DNA of 64,000 bases, from contig CAVTNE010000010.1 in NCBI GenBank assembly GCA_963735965.1, forward strand, positions 230,503-294,502, written 5' to 3'. Of the stretch, positions 1 through 9,237 are shown piece by piece. The position numbers and the translations under genes were made by a program. Positions within the stretch are counted from its first letter, which is position 1. Every line of letters starts with the position of its first letter. The notes beneath the pieces are model-generated. The model had not been told where the DNA came from, made no database searches, and saw nothing but the letters and a program-made list of their open reading frames with translations. The DNA comes from an uncultured Solirubrobacterales bacterium. Its GTDB lineage: Bacteria; Actinomycetota; Thermoleophilia; Solirubrobacterales; Solirubrobacteraceae.

Positions 1-518
1 AAGCCGAGCGACCCGTCATAAAGGATCCGCATCGACCGCGGCTTCGACTGCACAAGGCACTGGGTGGCGAGCACGTGCTCGACCTCGCTCGTACCGATCC
101 CAAACGCGAGCGCGCCGAAGGCGCCGTGGGTTGCGGTATGCGAGTCGCCGCACACGATCGTCATTCCCGGCTGAGTGACGCCGAGTTCGGGACCGATCAC
201 GTGCACGATCCCCTGGTGGTCCGAGCCCAGCGAGAACAGCGGGATGCCGAACTCCTCGCAGTTCCGCTCGAGCGTCTCCACCTGGACGCGCGACAACTGG
301 TCGCGGATCCTGGCCGCGACCGGCGTGCCGTCGGTCGGAACGTTGTGGTCCGCCGTGGCCAACGTGCGGTCACGCCGCCGGACCTTGCGTTCGGCGAGTC
401 GCAGGCCATCGAATGCCTGCGGGCTCGTGACCTCGTGCACCAGGTGCAGGTCGATGTACAGAAGCCCGGGCGCGACCTCGTGGGCGTCCCAGATCTTGTC
501 GAATAGCGTTTTTGGCAT
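1..518 (-). CDS. leuC: 3-isopropylmalate dehydratase large subunit (5' part; runs off the window)
   Basis: Not in the ORF track. Manual translation from ATG at 518 gives [40 protein letters not shown]...ATADHNVPT, the LeuC N-terminus. Start overlaps the upstream stop (TGATG). Confidence 0.95.
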   Translation of the reverse strand, partial: MPKTLFDKIWDAHEVAPGLLYIDLHLVHEVTSPQAFDGLRLAERKVRRRDRTLATADHNVPTDGTPVAARIRDQLSRVQVETLERNCEEFGIPLFSLGSDHQGIVHVIGPELGVTQPGMTIVCGDSHTATHGAFGALAFGIGTSEVEHVLATQCLVQSKPRSMRILYDGSLG

Positions 519-1126
519 CAGCTCCTCCGTAGGCCCGCGCTGAGTACCGCGAGCAGGATGGCGGGTGTGTCTCCAGGGTTCTCGAAGTGGTGAGGAAGAT
601 CCGCGTCGAAGGTCACACAGTCACCGGACCGCAGTGCGTACGACTGGCCGTCGCATTGCAGCACGACGGTTCCGGACTCAACCAGTGCGGTCTCACGGCT
701 GCCGGGCTCGTGCATCGGCGGATCGCCCGGTCCTCCGGTGACCGCTCCCGGGGCGAGCGTGTGGCGCGATAGCTCGGCACGCTGGCCAGGCAGCGGCGGC
801 GTAAGGATCTCGTAGTTGTGGCCGTCCACCGCGCTGGGGCCCTTGCGCCGCTCGCCGGCGCGGACGACCGTGACCGCGCCGTCCTCGTCGAGCCGGAGCA
901 GCTGCGATAGCCGCAGCTCGAGGCCGGTGGCGATCCGTTTGGCGACCTGAAGCGTCGGGCTCGTCTCGCCGCGCTCGACCTGCGAGAGCATCGGCGCGCT
1001 CACGCCGGAGCGCTCGGCGAGGTCCCGCAGAGACAGGTCCATGGCTTCGCGCAGCGCCCTCACCCGCGGCCCGAGGCTGCCATCCGAAGCGCCTGCGGCG
1101 CCTGGAGCGCTTGCAGTGGATGACAT
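518..1126 (-). CDS. XRE-family HTH regulator with C-terminal cupin domain
   Basis: [31 protein letters not shown] plus cupin motifs ([23 protein letters not shown]). Start placed at ATG 1126. Confidence 0.88.
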   Translation of the reverse strand: MSSTASAPGAAGASDGSLGPRVRALREAMDLSLRDLAERSGVSAPMLSQVERGETSPTLQVAKRIATGLELRLSQLLRLDEDGAVTVVRAGERRKGPSAVDGHNYEILTPPLPGQRAELSRHTLAPGAVTGGPGDPPMHEPGSRETALVESGTVVLQCDGQSYALRSGDCVTFDADLPHHFENPGDTPAILLAVLSAGLRRS

Positions 1127-1186
1127 ACGAACGTACGTTATCACATACGGCAGGGCTCCCAAACGCCGCCGCTAGCCTGAGAAGCC

Positions 1187-2158
1187 ATGCGCTCACGACC
1201 CGATGTGCTCGTCCTCGGCGGCGGCGGAGTCCTCGGCGAAGCCTGGATGATGGGCGTCCTCGCCGGAATCGAGGACGGCACGGGATTTGACCTGCGCGAT
1301 TGCGACTACTACCTGGGCACATCCGCCGGCGCGATCGTCGCGGCGCACCTGGTCGCCGGCCAGCCGCCGCGCCGCCCCTCCTCGGTCGGAACCGAGCTCG
1401 AGCCTCCGGCCGTTCCGCGCCCGGTCGACGGACTCGCGGCCGCCGGACTGGCTGCAGCCCGCCGCGCCGGCGCCTGGGCGCTTGCTGCCGGCGCCGCGTT
1501 CGCGCCGCTCGCGCTCGGCCTGGCCGCCCCCGGCGGCGCGGTGACGCGCGCCCTGCTGCTACGGAGGCTGCCTCGGCCCAAACACACGCTGGCCGATCTG
1601 CGACGCAACATCGAGCGGCTTGACCCTCGCTTCGACGGACGGCTGCGGATCGCAGCCGTGGACCGCGGGAACGGCCGGCGCGTGGTGTTCGGGAGCCCGC
1701 GAGCGCCGCGCGCCACCGTGGCCGAGGCGGTCGAGGCGTCGTGCACCATCCCCTGGCTGTTCGCACCGGTCGAGATCGGCGACCGCGAGTACGTCGACGG
1801 TGGCGTCTGGAGCCCAACCAACCTTGACGCCGCCCCCGCCGGCCGCGACACCCACGTGCTGTGTCTGAACCCGACCGCGAACCTCCCCAGCTCGGGCGGC
1901 GTGCTCGCGGTGGTGCGCGGCGTATCGCGCACCGCCGTTTCGGTCGAGGCACTCGCGCTCCGGCGTCGCGGCGCCGCGGTGCAGACGCTGGCCCCCAACG
2001 CCGAGTGCGCCGACATAATGGGCACGAACTTCATGGACCGCGAGCCGCGCGGGCGTGTGCTGGCAGCGGGCTACCGGCAGGGACTGGCGTTTGTCACGGC
2101 GTCCGCACCGGCGGTCCAGACGCCGCCACGGCGGTCGCTTCCTCAGCCTCGGCCATGA
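1187..2158 (+). CDS. Patatin-like phospholipase
   Basis: GGGGVLG oxyanion motif, GTSAG nucleophile elbow, DGG motif. Confidence 0.9.
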   Translation: MRSRPDVLVLGGGGVLGEAWMMGVLAGIEDGTGFDLRDCDYYLGTSAGAIVAAHLVAGQPPRRPSSVGTELEPPAVPRPVDGLAAAGLAAARRAGAWALAAGAAFAPLALGLAAPGGAVTRALLLRRLPRPKHTLADLRRNIERLDPRFDGRLRIAAVDRGNGRRVVFGSPRAPRATVAEAVEASCTIPWLFAPVEIGDREYVDGGVWSPTNLDAAPAGRDTHVLCLNPTANLPSSGGVLAVVRGVSRTAVSVEALALRRRGAAVQTLAPNAECADIMGTNFMDREPRGRVLAAGYRQGLAFVTASAPAVQTPPRRSLPQPRP

Positions 2159-3695
2159 TTCCGCGCCGGCGGACCGCGTTCGACAGAGCGCGTACGTAGG
2201 CACGGGCCCCCGCCTCGAGGATGTCGGTCGAGACTCCCTGACCGGAGCCATGGACCCCGCTCACCTCGAGCACCACCGACGTCTCGCCGAGCGCGTCCTG
2301 GCCGCCGGTGACGGCATCGACGCGGAACTCGCGTAGGCGGGCGTCGGTGCCGGTGGCGGCGTTGATCGCGCGGAAGATCGCATCGACCGGGCCGTCGCCC
2401 GTGAACGAGCCGGTGACCTCGTCGCCGTCAGGAGTCCGGATACCCACCGTCGCGTGCGGGGGCCGGCGCGTCGACGCCTCGACGTCGAACCACTCGAGTT
2501 GGTAGCCCGCGATCTCCTCGCGCAGCTCGTCTGTGACCAGCGCCTCGAGGTCCATCGCGGTGACGTGCTTCTTCTTGTCCGCGATCTCCTTGAAGCGCTT
2601 GAACGCGGTGTTCAGGCCCTGGCCGGACAGCTCGAAGCCCAGGTCGGCCAGCGCCTGTTGCAGCGCATGCCGGCCGGAGTGCTTGCCCAGCACGATCGAG
2701 TTGGTCTCGAGCCCGACCGTGGTCGCGTCCATGATCTCGTACGTCGTCCGCTCTTTCAGCACGCCGTCCTGGTGGATGCCGGACTCGTGCGCGAAGGCGT
2801 TGCGGCCGACGACCGCCTTGTTTGGCTGCACGGGGTAACCGGTCAGGCGAGAGACCAGGCGGGATGTCCGCGCGATCTCGCGGGTCACGACCCCCGAGTG
2901 CAGCCCGACGTCGGCGGAGCGCGTGTGCAGGAGCATCACGATCTCCTCGAGCGACGCGTTGCCGGCGCGCTCACCGATCCCGTTGATCGCACACTCGACC
3001 TGGCGGGCGCCGGCGAGCAGGCCGGCGAAGGAGTTCGCGACGGCCAGCCCCAGGTCGTCGTGGCAGTGAACGCTCAGGATCACCTTTCGCAGATCCGGAA
3101 TCAGCTCGTAGAGGCTCTCCAGATACGCCGTGTACTCGTGCGGCATCGTGTACCCGACGGTGTCGGGGATGTTGATCGTGGTCGCACCCTCGTCGATCGC
3201 GATCTGGCAGACCTCCGCGGTGAACTCGATATCAGCTCGGGTCGCATCCATCGGCGAGAACTCGACGTCGTCTACGTACTGCTTGGCGTGCGCCACCGCG
3301 GCACGGGCCTGCCCCTTGACGTCGTCGCGGGTCGTCTGCAGCTGGTGCCGGATGTGGATATCCGACGTCGAGATGAACGTGTGAATTCGGGCCCTCCCCG
3401 CCCCGCGCGCGTCCTTGACGGCGTTCCAGGCGGCGTCGATGTCGGCCACGTGCGTCCGGGCGAGGGCGGCGATGATCGGTCCTTCGACGGTGCGCGAAAT
3501 GGTTTGCACCGCTTCGAAATCCCCAGGCGACGTGATCGGGAACCCCGCTTCGATCACGTCGACGCCCAGCCGCGCCAGCTGCTGGGCGATCTCCAGCTTC
3601 TCCTGCGTGTTCAGCGAGATGCCGGGCGACTGCTCCCCGTCACGCAGCGTCGTGTCGAAGATCAGTACTCGGCTTGGGTCCTCGGGCTTGCTCAT
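2094..3695 (-). CDS. leuA: 2-isopropylmalate synthase
   Basis: DTTLRDGEQ, HCHDDLG, GIGERAGN, HESGIHQDG motifs and C-terminal regulatory domain (GDGPVDA). GAGGAG RBS. Confidence 0.96.
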   Translation of the reverse strand: MSKPEDPSRVLIFDTTLRDGEQSPGISLNTQEKLEIAQQLARLGVDVIEAGFPITSPGDFEAVQTISRTVEGPIIAALARTHVADIDAAWNAVKDARGAGRARIHTFISTSDIHIRHQLQTTRDDVKGQARAAVAHAKQYVDDVEFSPMDATRADIEFTAEVCQIAIDEGATTINIPDTVGYTMPHEYTAYLESLYELIPDLRKVILSVHCHDDLGLAVANSFAGLLAGARQVECAINGIGERAGNASLEEIVMLLHTRSADVGLHSGVVTREIARTSRLVSRLTGYPVQPNKAVVGRNAFAHESGIHQDGVLKERTTYEIMDATTVGLETNSIVLGKHSGRHALQQALADLGFELSGQGLNTAFKRFKEIADKKKHVTAMDLEALVTDELREEIAGYQLEWFDVEASTRRPPHATVGIRTPDGDEVTGSFTGDGPVDAIFRAINAATGTDARLREFRVDAVTGGQDALGETSVVLEVSGVHGSGQGVSTDILEAGARAYVRALSNAVRRRGIMAEAEEATAVAASGPPVRTP

Positions 3696-3699
3696 GTCA

Positions 3700-3845
3700 C
3701 TCCTCTAAGTCTCGGTCTCGGGGGAAATTCCCTGGCCTCTTCCTCTAGGGCACCTCGTGCCCGGGAATTTCCCTTAAAAGAAACCTTCGGTTTCTTCGAT
3801 GTCTTCTCGGTGCTGATCTCGCGGCTACGTGCGGCCGCCCACGCG
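3700..3845 (-). promoter_or_regulatory. Structured leuA 5' leader (attenuator-like)
   Basis: Hairpin AAGAAACC-GAA-GGTTTCTT (3778-3796) with a short T run. Perfect 11-bp stem GGGAAATTCCC/GGGAATTTCCC (3763-3773/3722-3732) encloses hairpin GGGCAC-GAG-GTGCCC. SD at 3700-3705. Confidence 0.65.
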
Positions 3846-3899
3846 CTATTCCCCCCGAGGGGGGAGGAGAAGAAGTCGAAGATCGAGGCGAAGCGCCAT
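3846..3899 (-). CDS. Leucine-rich leader peptide MALRLDLRLLLLPPRGE
   Basis: ATG 3899 to TAG 3846; 7 Leu in 17 aa, 4 consecutive; about 150 nt upstream of leuA. Confidence 0.8.
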   Translation of the reverse strand: MALRLDLRLLLLPPRGE

Positions 3900-3966
3900 G
3901 CGCGCCAAAGCGTACCAAGTCGCCACGCACCGGCCTGATCGGCGTCGTCAGGCATGATCTGACGCG

Positions 3967-4842
3967 ATGCGGAGGCTGTTGCTCATCGTTAATCCCGTGG
4001 CCGGCGGGGGCCGCCCGGCGCGCGCTCTCCCACAGGTCCAGTCCGCGATCCGACGGCTCGGGCTCGATCAGCGATTCGAGTACACGAGCAGCCTCCAGCA
4101 TGGTCGCGAGCTGGCACTCGAGGCGGCGGCGAACGGCGAGGTCGCGGTGGCGTTCGGGGGGGACGGATTGATCGGGGCGGTCGCCGGCGCGCTCAAGCAC
4201 TCGGACGGCGTGCTCGGGGTCCTCCCGGGTGGCCGGGGCAACGACCTTTGCCGGGTCCTCGGGATCCCGCGCAAGCCCGTCGCGGCGTGCGAGGTCCTCG
4301 CAACCGGTGTTGAGCAGGCACTCGACATCGGCCAGGCCGGGGAGCGAACCTTCATGGGCATCGCGAGCTGCGGGTTCGACTCGGTGGTGAACCGCATCGC
4401 CAACGACACGACGCGGGTGCGCGGTAGCCTCGTATACGCATACGCGCTGCTCCGGGCGCTGCCGAGCTGGCAGGCGGCAGAGTTCGAGGTTACGCTCGAC
4501 GGCGGACCCACCCGGCGGTTCACCGGCTACTCGGTGGCCGCCGCCAACTCGAAGGCGTTCGGCGGCGGCATGCTCCTCGCCCCAAACGCCTCGCTTACCG
4601 ACGGATTGCTCGACGTGGTCACTATCGAAGACATGTCACGGCTTCGCTTCTTGGCGCTCACGCCGACCGTGTTCAACGGCCGGCACGTGCGGCAGCGCGG
4701 CGTCGATGTCGCCCGCGCCGAGGAGGTGCACATCAAGGCGACGCGACCGTTCACCCTGTACGCCGACGGCGAGCCGCTGGGCGAGCTTCCGGTGACCATT
4801 CGCACGCTGCCAGGCGCCGTGCGGACGATCGTGCCGCGATGA
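3967..4842 (+). CDS. Diacylglycerol/lipid kinase, YegS/BmrU family
   Basis: NPVAGGG, GGDG, LPGGRGND, GFDS, FGGG, DGLLDV, ADGE motifs. Confidence 0.92.
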   Translation: MRRLLLIVNPVAGGGRPARALPQVQSAIRRLGLDQRFEYTSSLQHGRELALEAAANGEVAVAFGGDGLIGAVAGALKHSDGVLGVLPGGRGNDLCRVLGIPRKPVAACEVLATGVEQALDIGQAGERTFMGIASCGFDSVVNRIANDTTRVRGSLVYAYALLRALPSWQAAEFEVTLDGGPTRRFTGYSVAAANSKAFGGGMLLAPNASLTDGLLDVVTIEDMSRLRFLALTPTVFNGRHVRQRGVDVARAEEVHIKATRPFTLYADGEPLGELPVTIRTLPGAVRTIVPR

Positions 4843-6236
4843 CGCTGCTCGGAGCCAAGATCGCGGCCGCCCGCGTGGTCGGAGAGGTCGCCCGACGTGC
4901 CGGACGAGGCGGCGGGACGAGCCTGCCCGGCAAGGTGTTGATGGCGCTCGAGCCGGAGGCGATCTCGGAGCTGTCCGCGCGGCTGCCCCGCGGCTCGGTG
5001 GTGATCTCGGCGACCAACGGCAAGACGACGACCGCGGCGATGGTCGCGTCCGTCCTCGCCCATGCGGGCATCCCGGTCGTGCACAACCGCGCCGGCGCCA
5101 ACATGGCCGGCGGGGTGGCGTCAACGCTGCTCGCGGCCGCCCGCGGCGGTGGGCGGATCGATGGGGAGCTGGGACTGTTTGAGATCGATGAGTTCTGGCT
5201 CGACCGGGTCACCCCCGAGCTCGAGCCGCGCGGGCTCCTGCTCGGCAACCTGTTTCGCGACCAGCTCGACCGCTACGGCGAGCTCGACGCGATCGCCGAC
5301 CGGTGGGCTGACGTGGCGTCCGGGGGCGGGGCGACCCGCAGTCTTGTGCTGAACGCCGATGACCCCCTGATCGCCGACCTCGGCCGCGACGCGCCGAACG
5401 TGACCTACTTCGGGATCGAGGATCCGTCGGTGGCGATCCCCGAGATGCAGCACGCGTCCGACTCCAAGCACTGCCGCCGGTGCGGCGCCGCGTACGTGTA
5501 CGACGCGATCTACCTCGGCCACCTCGGTCGCTACCGTTGCCCGTCATGTGGGCGGGAGCGCCCCGCGCCGTCGGTCGCGGCCGAGCGGATCGAGCTCGAC
5601 GGCACGCGCCGAGCGAGGTTCGAGCTGGCGACGACGACCGGGAGCTCGCCCATCGAGCTGCCGCTTCCGGGGCTGTACAACGTCTACAACGCGCTGGGCG
5701 CCGCCGCCCTGTGCCTCGCGCTCGACGTCCCGCTCGAGACTGTGGCGGCGGGGCTGCACGACGTCAGGGCCGCGTTCGGCCGGGCCGAGCGGATCGCGAT
5801 CGGCGACGTCGAGCTCCAGGTTCTCCTCATGAAGAACCCGGCCGGCGCCAACGAGGTCCTGCGGACGCTCGTGCTCGAGCACGAGGAGCTGGACGTGCTG
5901 GCGGTCCTCAACGACCGAATCGCCGACGGACGCGACGTCTCCTGGGTGTGGGACGCCGATTTCGAGATGCTCGCGGGCCACGTGCGTCGCGTGACCTGCG
6001 CCGGCACGCGCGCCGCCGAGCTCGCCGTGCGCCTGAAGTACGCCGGCGTGCCTACCAACCGTCTGCACGTGATCCCGGCCCTTGCCCCCGCACTCGACGC
6101 GGCGCTTGGGCCGGTGCACGACGGTCAGCTGTACGCGCTGCCGACTTACACGGCGCTACTCGAGCTCCGACAGGAGCTGGCCGAGCGCGGCCATGCGCTG
6201 CCGTTCTGGGAGCCCGAGGCGGTGGGCGGCAGATGA
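4839..6236 (+). CDS. murT: Lipid II isoglutaminyl synthase, MurT subunit
   Basis: ATNGKTTT, GANMAGG, NLFRDQLDRYGE, CxxC...CxxC zinc finger, KNPAG and DGRDVSWVWD (DUF1727). Confidence 0.9.
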   Translation: MTLLGAKIAAARVVGEVARRAGRGGGTSLPGKVLMALEPEAISELSARLPRGSVVISATNGKTTTAAMVASVLAHAGIPVVHNRAGANMAGGVASTLLAAARGGGRIDGELGLFEIDEFWLDRVTPELEPRGLLLGNLFRDQLDRYGELDAIADRWADVASGGGATRSLVLNADDPLIADLGRDAPNVTYFGIEDPSVAIPEMQHASDSKHCRRCGAAYVYDAIYLGHLGRYRCPSCGRERPAPSVAAERIELDGTRRARFELATTTGSSPIELPLPGLYNVYNALGAAALCLALDVPLETVAAGLHDVRAAFGRAERIAIGDVELQVLLMKNPAGANEVLRTLVLEHEELDVLAVLNDRIADGRDVSWVWDADFEMLAGHVRRVTCAGTRAAELAVRLKYAGVPTNRLHVIPALAPALDAALGPVHDGQLYALPTYTALLELRQELAERGHALPFWEPEAVGGR

Positions 6237-6976
6237 GCGTGATCTGGCACGACATCGAGTGCGGCGCGTACGCGGAGGACCTGCCGCTGTGGCGTTCGCT
6301 GGCCGCCGAGTACGGCGACCCGGTGCTCGACGTCGGCGCCGGCACGGGCCGCGTGGCTCTGGATCTCGCCCGCGCCGGCTATCGCGTCACTGCGCTCGAC
6401 CGGGATCCCGAGCTGCTCGCCGCGCTCGAGAGCCGCTCGGGAAGAAACTTCAGCATGGAGCCAGTTTCTTCCCAGTCGCTCGTGACGACAGCGCCGGCCG
6501 ACGCCCGGGACTTCGATCTGGGCGAACGGTTCCCGCTGATCATCGTCCCGATGCAGACGATCCAGCTGCTGGACGGCCCGGACGGCCGCAGGCGGTTCCT
6601 GGCCGCCGCGCGCCGGCATCTGCTTCCCGGTGGCGCGCTGGCGATCGCGATCGCCGAGGCGCTCGAGCTGTATGAGGTCGTCGACGGGCTTCCCGCCCCG
6701 CTCCCGGACCTGCGCGAGGAGGACGGGGTCGTGTACTCGAGCCAGCCGATCGCGGTGCGCGCCGACCCGGGCGGGTTCGTGCTCGAGCGCCGGCGCGAGA
6801 CAGTGTCCCGGGCGGGCGAGCGGACGGTCGAGCAGGACCTGATCCACCTCGACCAGCTCACGGTCGAGGATCTCGACCGCGAGGGCGCCGCCGCCGGGCT
6901 CACTCCGGGGCGGCATGAGCACGTGCCCGAGACCGTCGACTATTCGAGCAGCGAGGTGGTCATCCTCCGTGGCTGA
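6233..6976 (+). CDS. Class I SAM-dependent methyltransferase
   Basis: VLDVGAGTGRVA motif I, ALDRD, ADARDFDL, HLLPGG. Start ATG 6233 overlaps the murT stop (ATGA). Confidence 0.88.
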   Translation: MSVIWHDIECGAYAEDLPLWRSLAAEYGDPVLDVGAGTGRVALDLARAGYRVTALDRDPELLAALESRSGRNFSMEPVSSQSLVTTAPADARDFDLGERFPLIIVPMQTIQLLDGPDGRRRFLAAARRHLLPGGALAIAIAEALELYEVVDGLPAPLPDLREEDGVVYSSQPIAVRADPGGFVLERRRETVSRAGERTVEQDLIHLDQLTVEDLDREGAAAGLTPGRHEHVPETVDYSSSEVVILRG

Positions 6977-7694
6977 GCTCCGCGTGTGCGCGCTGTACCC
7001 GGACCTGATGAACATCTACGCCGACCGGGGCAACCTGCTCCTGCTCGAGCGGCGCTGCGGGTGGCGCGGGATCGACTTCAGCGTGACAGCGAGCGGTCTC
7101 GGCGAGCGGCTTGACCCCGACGGCGCCGACCTCTATTACATCGGGGGCGGACAGGATCGCGACCAGCAGCTGTGCGCGCTCGACCTCGCCGAGGTCAAAC
7201 GCGACGCGCTGCACACCGCCGCGGACCGAGGCGGGGTGATCCTTGCGGTCTGTGGCGGCTATCAGCTCCTCGGGCACTCGTATCAGCTCGGCGACGAGAC
7301 TCTCCCGGGCACCGGGCTGGTCGATCTGGTCACCGTCCGGTCGGACGAGGCGCGGCTGATCGGCAACGTGGCGATCGAGGTCGAGCTCGATCCGGGTGTG
7401 CGGCGAGTACTCGCCGGCTTCGAGAACCATGGTGGTCGCACTCATCTCGGCCCAAACGCGACGCCGCTCGGACGGGTGCTGAAGGGATACGGCAACAACG
7501 GCGTCGACGGCCACGAGGGAGTCCGGCGCGGGAACGTGATCGGGACCTACCTCCACGGGCCGCTGCTCCCGAAGAACGCGTGGTTCGCCGATTGGCTGAT
7601 CGAGACTGCGCTCGGTCTAGGCGAGCTCGATCCCCTCGACGACCGGCTCGAGGCCGACGCCCATGCGGACGCGCGCCGAGCCGCCGGAGTGTGA
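6969..7694 (+). CDS. gatD: Glutamine amidotransferase, GatD subunit (CobQ-like)
   Basis: LYPDLMNIYADRGN, GGGQD, CGGYQLLG, GFENH, TYLHGPLLPKN. GTG 6969 overlaps the upstream gene. Confidence 0.9.
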   Translation: MAELRVCALYPDLMNIYADRGNLLLLERRCGWRGIDFSVTASGLGERLDPDGADLYYIGGGQDRDQQLCALDLAEVKRDALHTAADRGGVILAVCGGYQLLGHSYQLGDETLPGTGLVDLVTVRSDEARLIGNVAIEVELDPGVRRVLAGFENHGGRTHLGPNATPLGRVLKGYGNNGVDGHEGVRRGNVIGTYLHGPLLPKNAWFADWLIETALGLGELDPLDDRLEADAHADARRAAGV

Positions 7695-7703
7695 GAGCCT
7701 GAG

Positions 7704-8783
7704 GTGATGAGGAGAGGGGCAAGCCTCACGCTCTCGGTGTCGTCAGCGGTGGCGTGCGGAATCGCCGCGCTTGGGATCGCGGGCTGCGGAAGCGGGTCGC
7801 GTCCTGCGACCGCGGCCACGCCCGTGACGAGCGCGAGCACGAGCCCGACCACGACCACCGTCACGACGACCGCGACGATCACGACCACCACCACGGCGAC
7901 GACGACGGTCACGCTCCCGGGCGCCGGCCGGCCGCCCGTGACGATCGGCGACGAGAACACCCCCGAGCAATTCCTGCTCGGACAGCTCTACTACCAGGCG
8001 CTGAAGGCCCAGGGCTTCACGGTGACGCTCAATCAGAGCATCGGCCCGCCCGAGGTGATCCGGCAGGCGATGGCCAACGGGCAGCTCGCCATGTATCCGG
8101 AGTACCTGGACACCTGGGACTCGACCGTCGCCGGCATCCAGCGCTCTTTCAAGTCTCGCCGCGCCGCGTTCGTGGCCGGGCAGCAGTACGCGCTCAAGCA
8201 GGGACTCGCTCTGCTGAACCCGACGCCGTTCAGCGATACCAACGCGATCGCGGTGGCGTTCGACTACGCGGTGGAGAACAACATCCAGTCGATCCCTGAC
8301 CTGATGACGGTCGCGTCTCAACTGACGCTCGGGGGTGCGCCTCAGTTCCAGCAGAGCCCGACGGGGGTGCCGGCGCTCGAGCAGACCTACGGCGTGACGC
8401 CGGCGGCGTTCAAGCCACTCGAGCTCGGAGCCCAGTACATGGCGCTCGACTCGGGGACCGTGCAGGCCGCGGTCGTCTCGACGACCGATCCCCAGCTGCT
8501 GAGCGGCGGCTATCCGCTGCTGGCGGACCCGCAGGACATCTTCGGGTGGGGCAACGTCGTTCCGGTGGCGTCGGTCCGCGTACTCGACGCCGAGGGACCG
8601 GCGTTCGAGGCCACGATTGATCGCGTCAGCGCACTGCTCACGCTGCCGATGATGCGCGAGCTGAACGCCGCGGTGGAGATCGACGGTGAGGACCCGGCGA
8701 CGGTCGCCACCCAGTTTCTCCAGGCAGAGGGCGTGCTGCCCCAGCCCTCGACCACCCCGACCTCGACCTCGACGTCGGGCTAG
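7704..8783 (+). CDS. Osmoprotectant (glycine betaine-type) ABC substrate-binding lipoprotein with Thr-rich linker
   Basis: Lipobox IAGC, poly-Thr linker, TPEQFLLGQLY and MYPEY motifs of OpuAC/OsmF-like proteins. Confidence 0.82.
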   Translation: MMRRGASLTLSVSSAVACGIAALGIAGCGSGSRPATAATPVTSASTSPTTTTVTTTATITTTTTATTTVTLPGAGRPPVTIGDENTPEQFLLGQLYYQALKAQGFTVTLNQSIGPPEVIRQAMANGQLAMYPEYLDTWDSTVAGIQRSFKSRRAAFVAGQQYALKQGLALLNPTPFSDTNAIAVAFDYAVENNIQSIPDLMTVASQLTLGGAPQFQQSPTGVPALEQTYGVTPAAFKPLELGAQYMALDSGTVQAAVVSTTDPQLLSGGYPLLADPQDIFGWGNVVPVASVRVLDAEGPAFEATIDRVSALLTLPMMRELNAAVEIDGEDPATVATQFLQAEGVLPQPSTTPTSTSTSG

Positions 8784-8802
8784 TGGGGTCGTCCCCGGCT
8801 CC

Positions 8803-9237
8803 CTAGCCGCTGCCGCTCGAGCCGAAGCCTCCGGCTCCGCGCTCGGACAGTGCGAGCTCGTGGACCTCGACGACCTCGGGCGTCTCGATCCGCACGAGCA
8901 CGAGCTGGGCGATCCGCTCGCCGCTCTGCACCGTGAACAACTCGCGGCGGTCGGTGTTCAGCAGCAGCACTCGGATCTCGCCGCGGTAGCCCGCGTCAAT
9001 CAGTCCGGGGGCGTTCACGAGCGCGATCCCATGCCGCGCCGCCAGTCCCGAGCGGGGCAGGACCAGCCCGGCCTGACCATCAGGAATCTCGACGGCGATC
9101 CCCGTGCGGACCGAGGCACGCGCTCCCGGTTCGAGCACGGCCTCCTCGAGCGCGTACAGGTCGAGTCCCGCGTCGCCGGGATACGCCCTGCTGGGCAGCC
9201 GCGCGCCGGCGTCGAGCCGCCGCACCCTGAGGCTCAT
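8803..9237 (-). CDS. dut: dUTP diphosphatase
   Basis: [37 protein letters not shown]. Confidence 0.97.
   Translation of the reverse strand: MSLRVRRLDAGARLPSRAYPGDAGLDLYALEEAVLEPGARASVRTGIAVEIPDGQAGLVLPRSGLAARHGIALVNAPGLIDAGYRGEIRVLLLNTDRRELFTVQSGERIAQLVLVRIETPEVVEVHELALSERGAGGFGSSGSG

Noticed and set aside
75-506. Plus-strand 143-aa ORF and other long antisense ORFs (e.g. 2454-3938, 35226-36452, 57460-59109)
   Set aside because: Shadow frames of well-supported genes, expected in high-GC DNA.
1128-1141. SOS-like CGAAC-GTAC-GTTAT before the XRE-cupin gene
   Set aside because: Right half-site mismatched and no repair context; better explained as the regulator's own palindrome.
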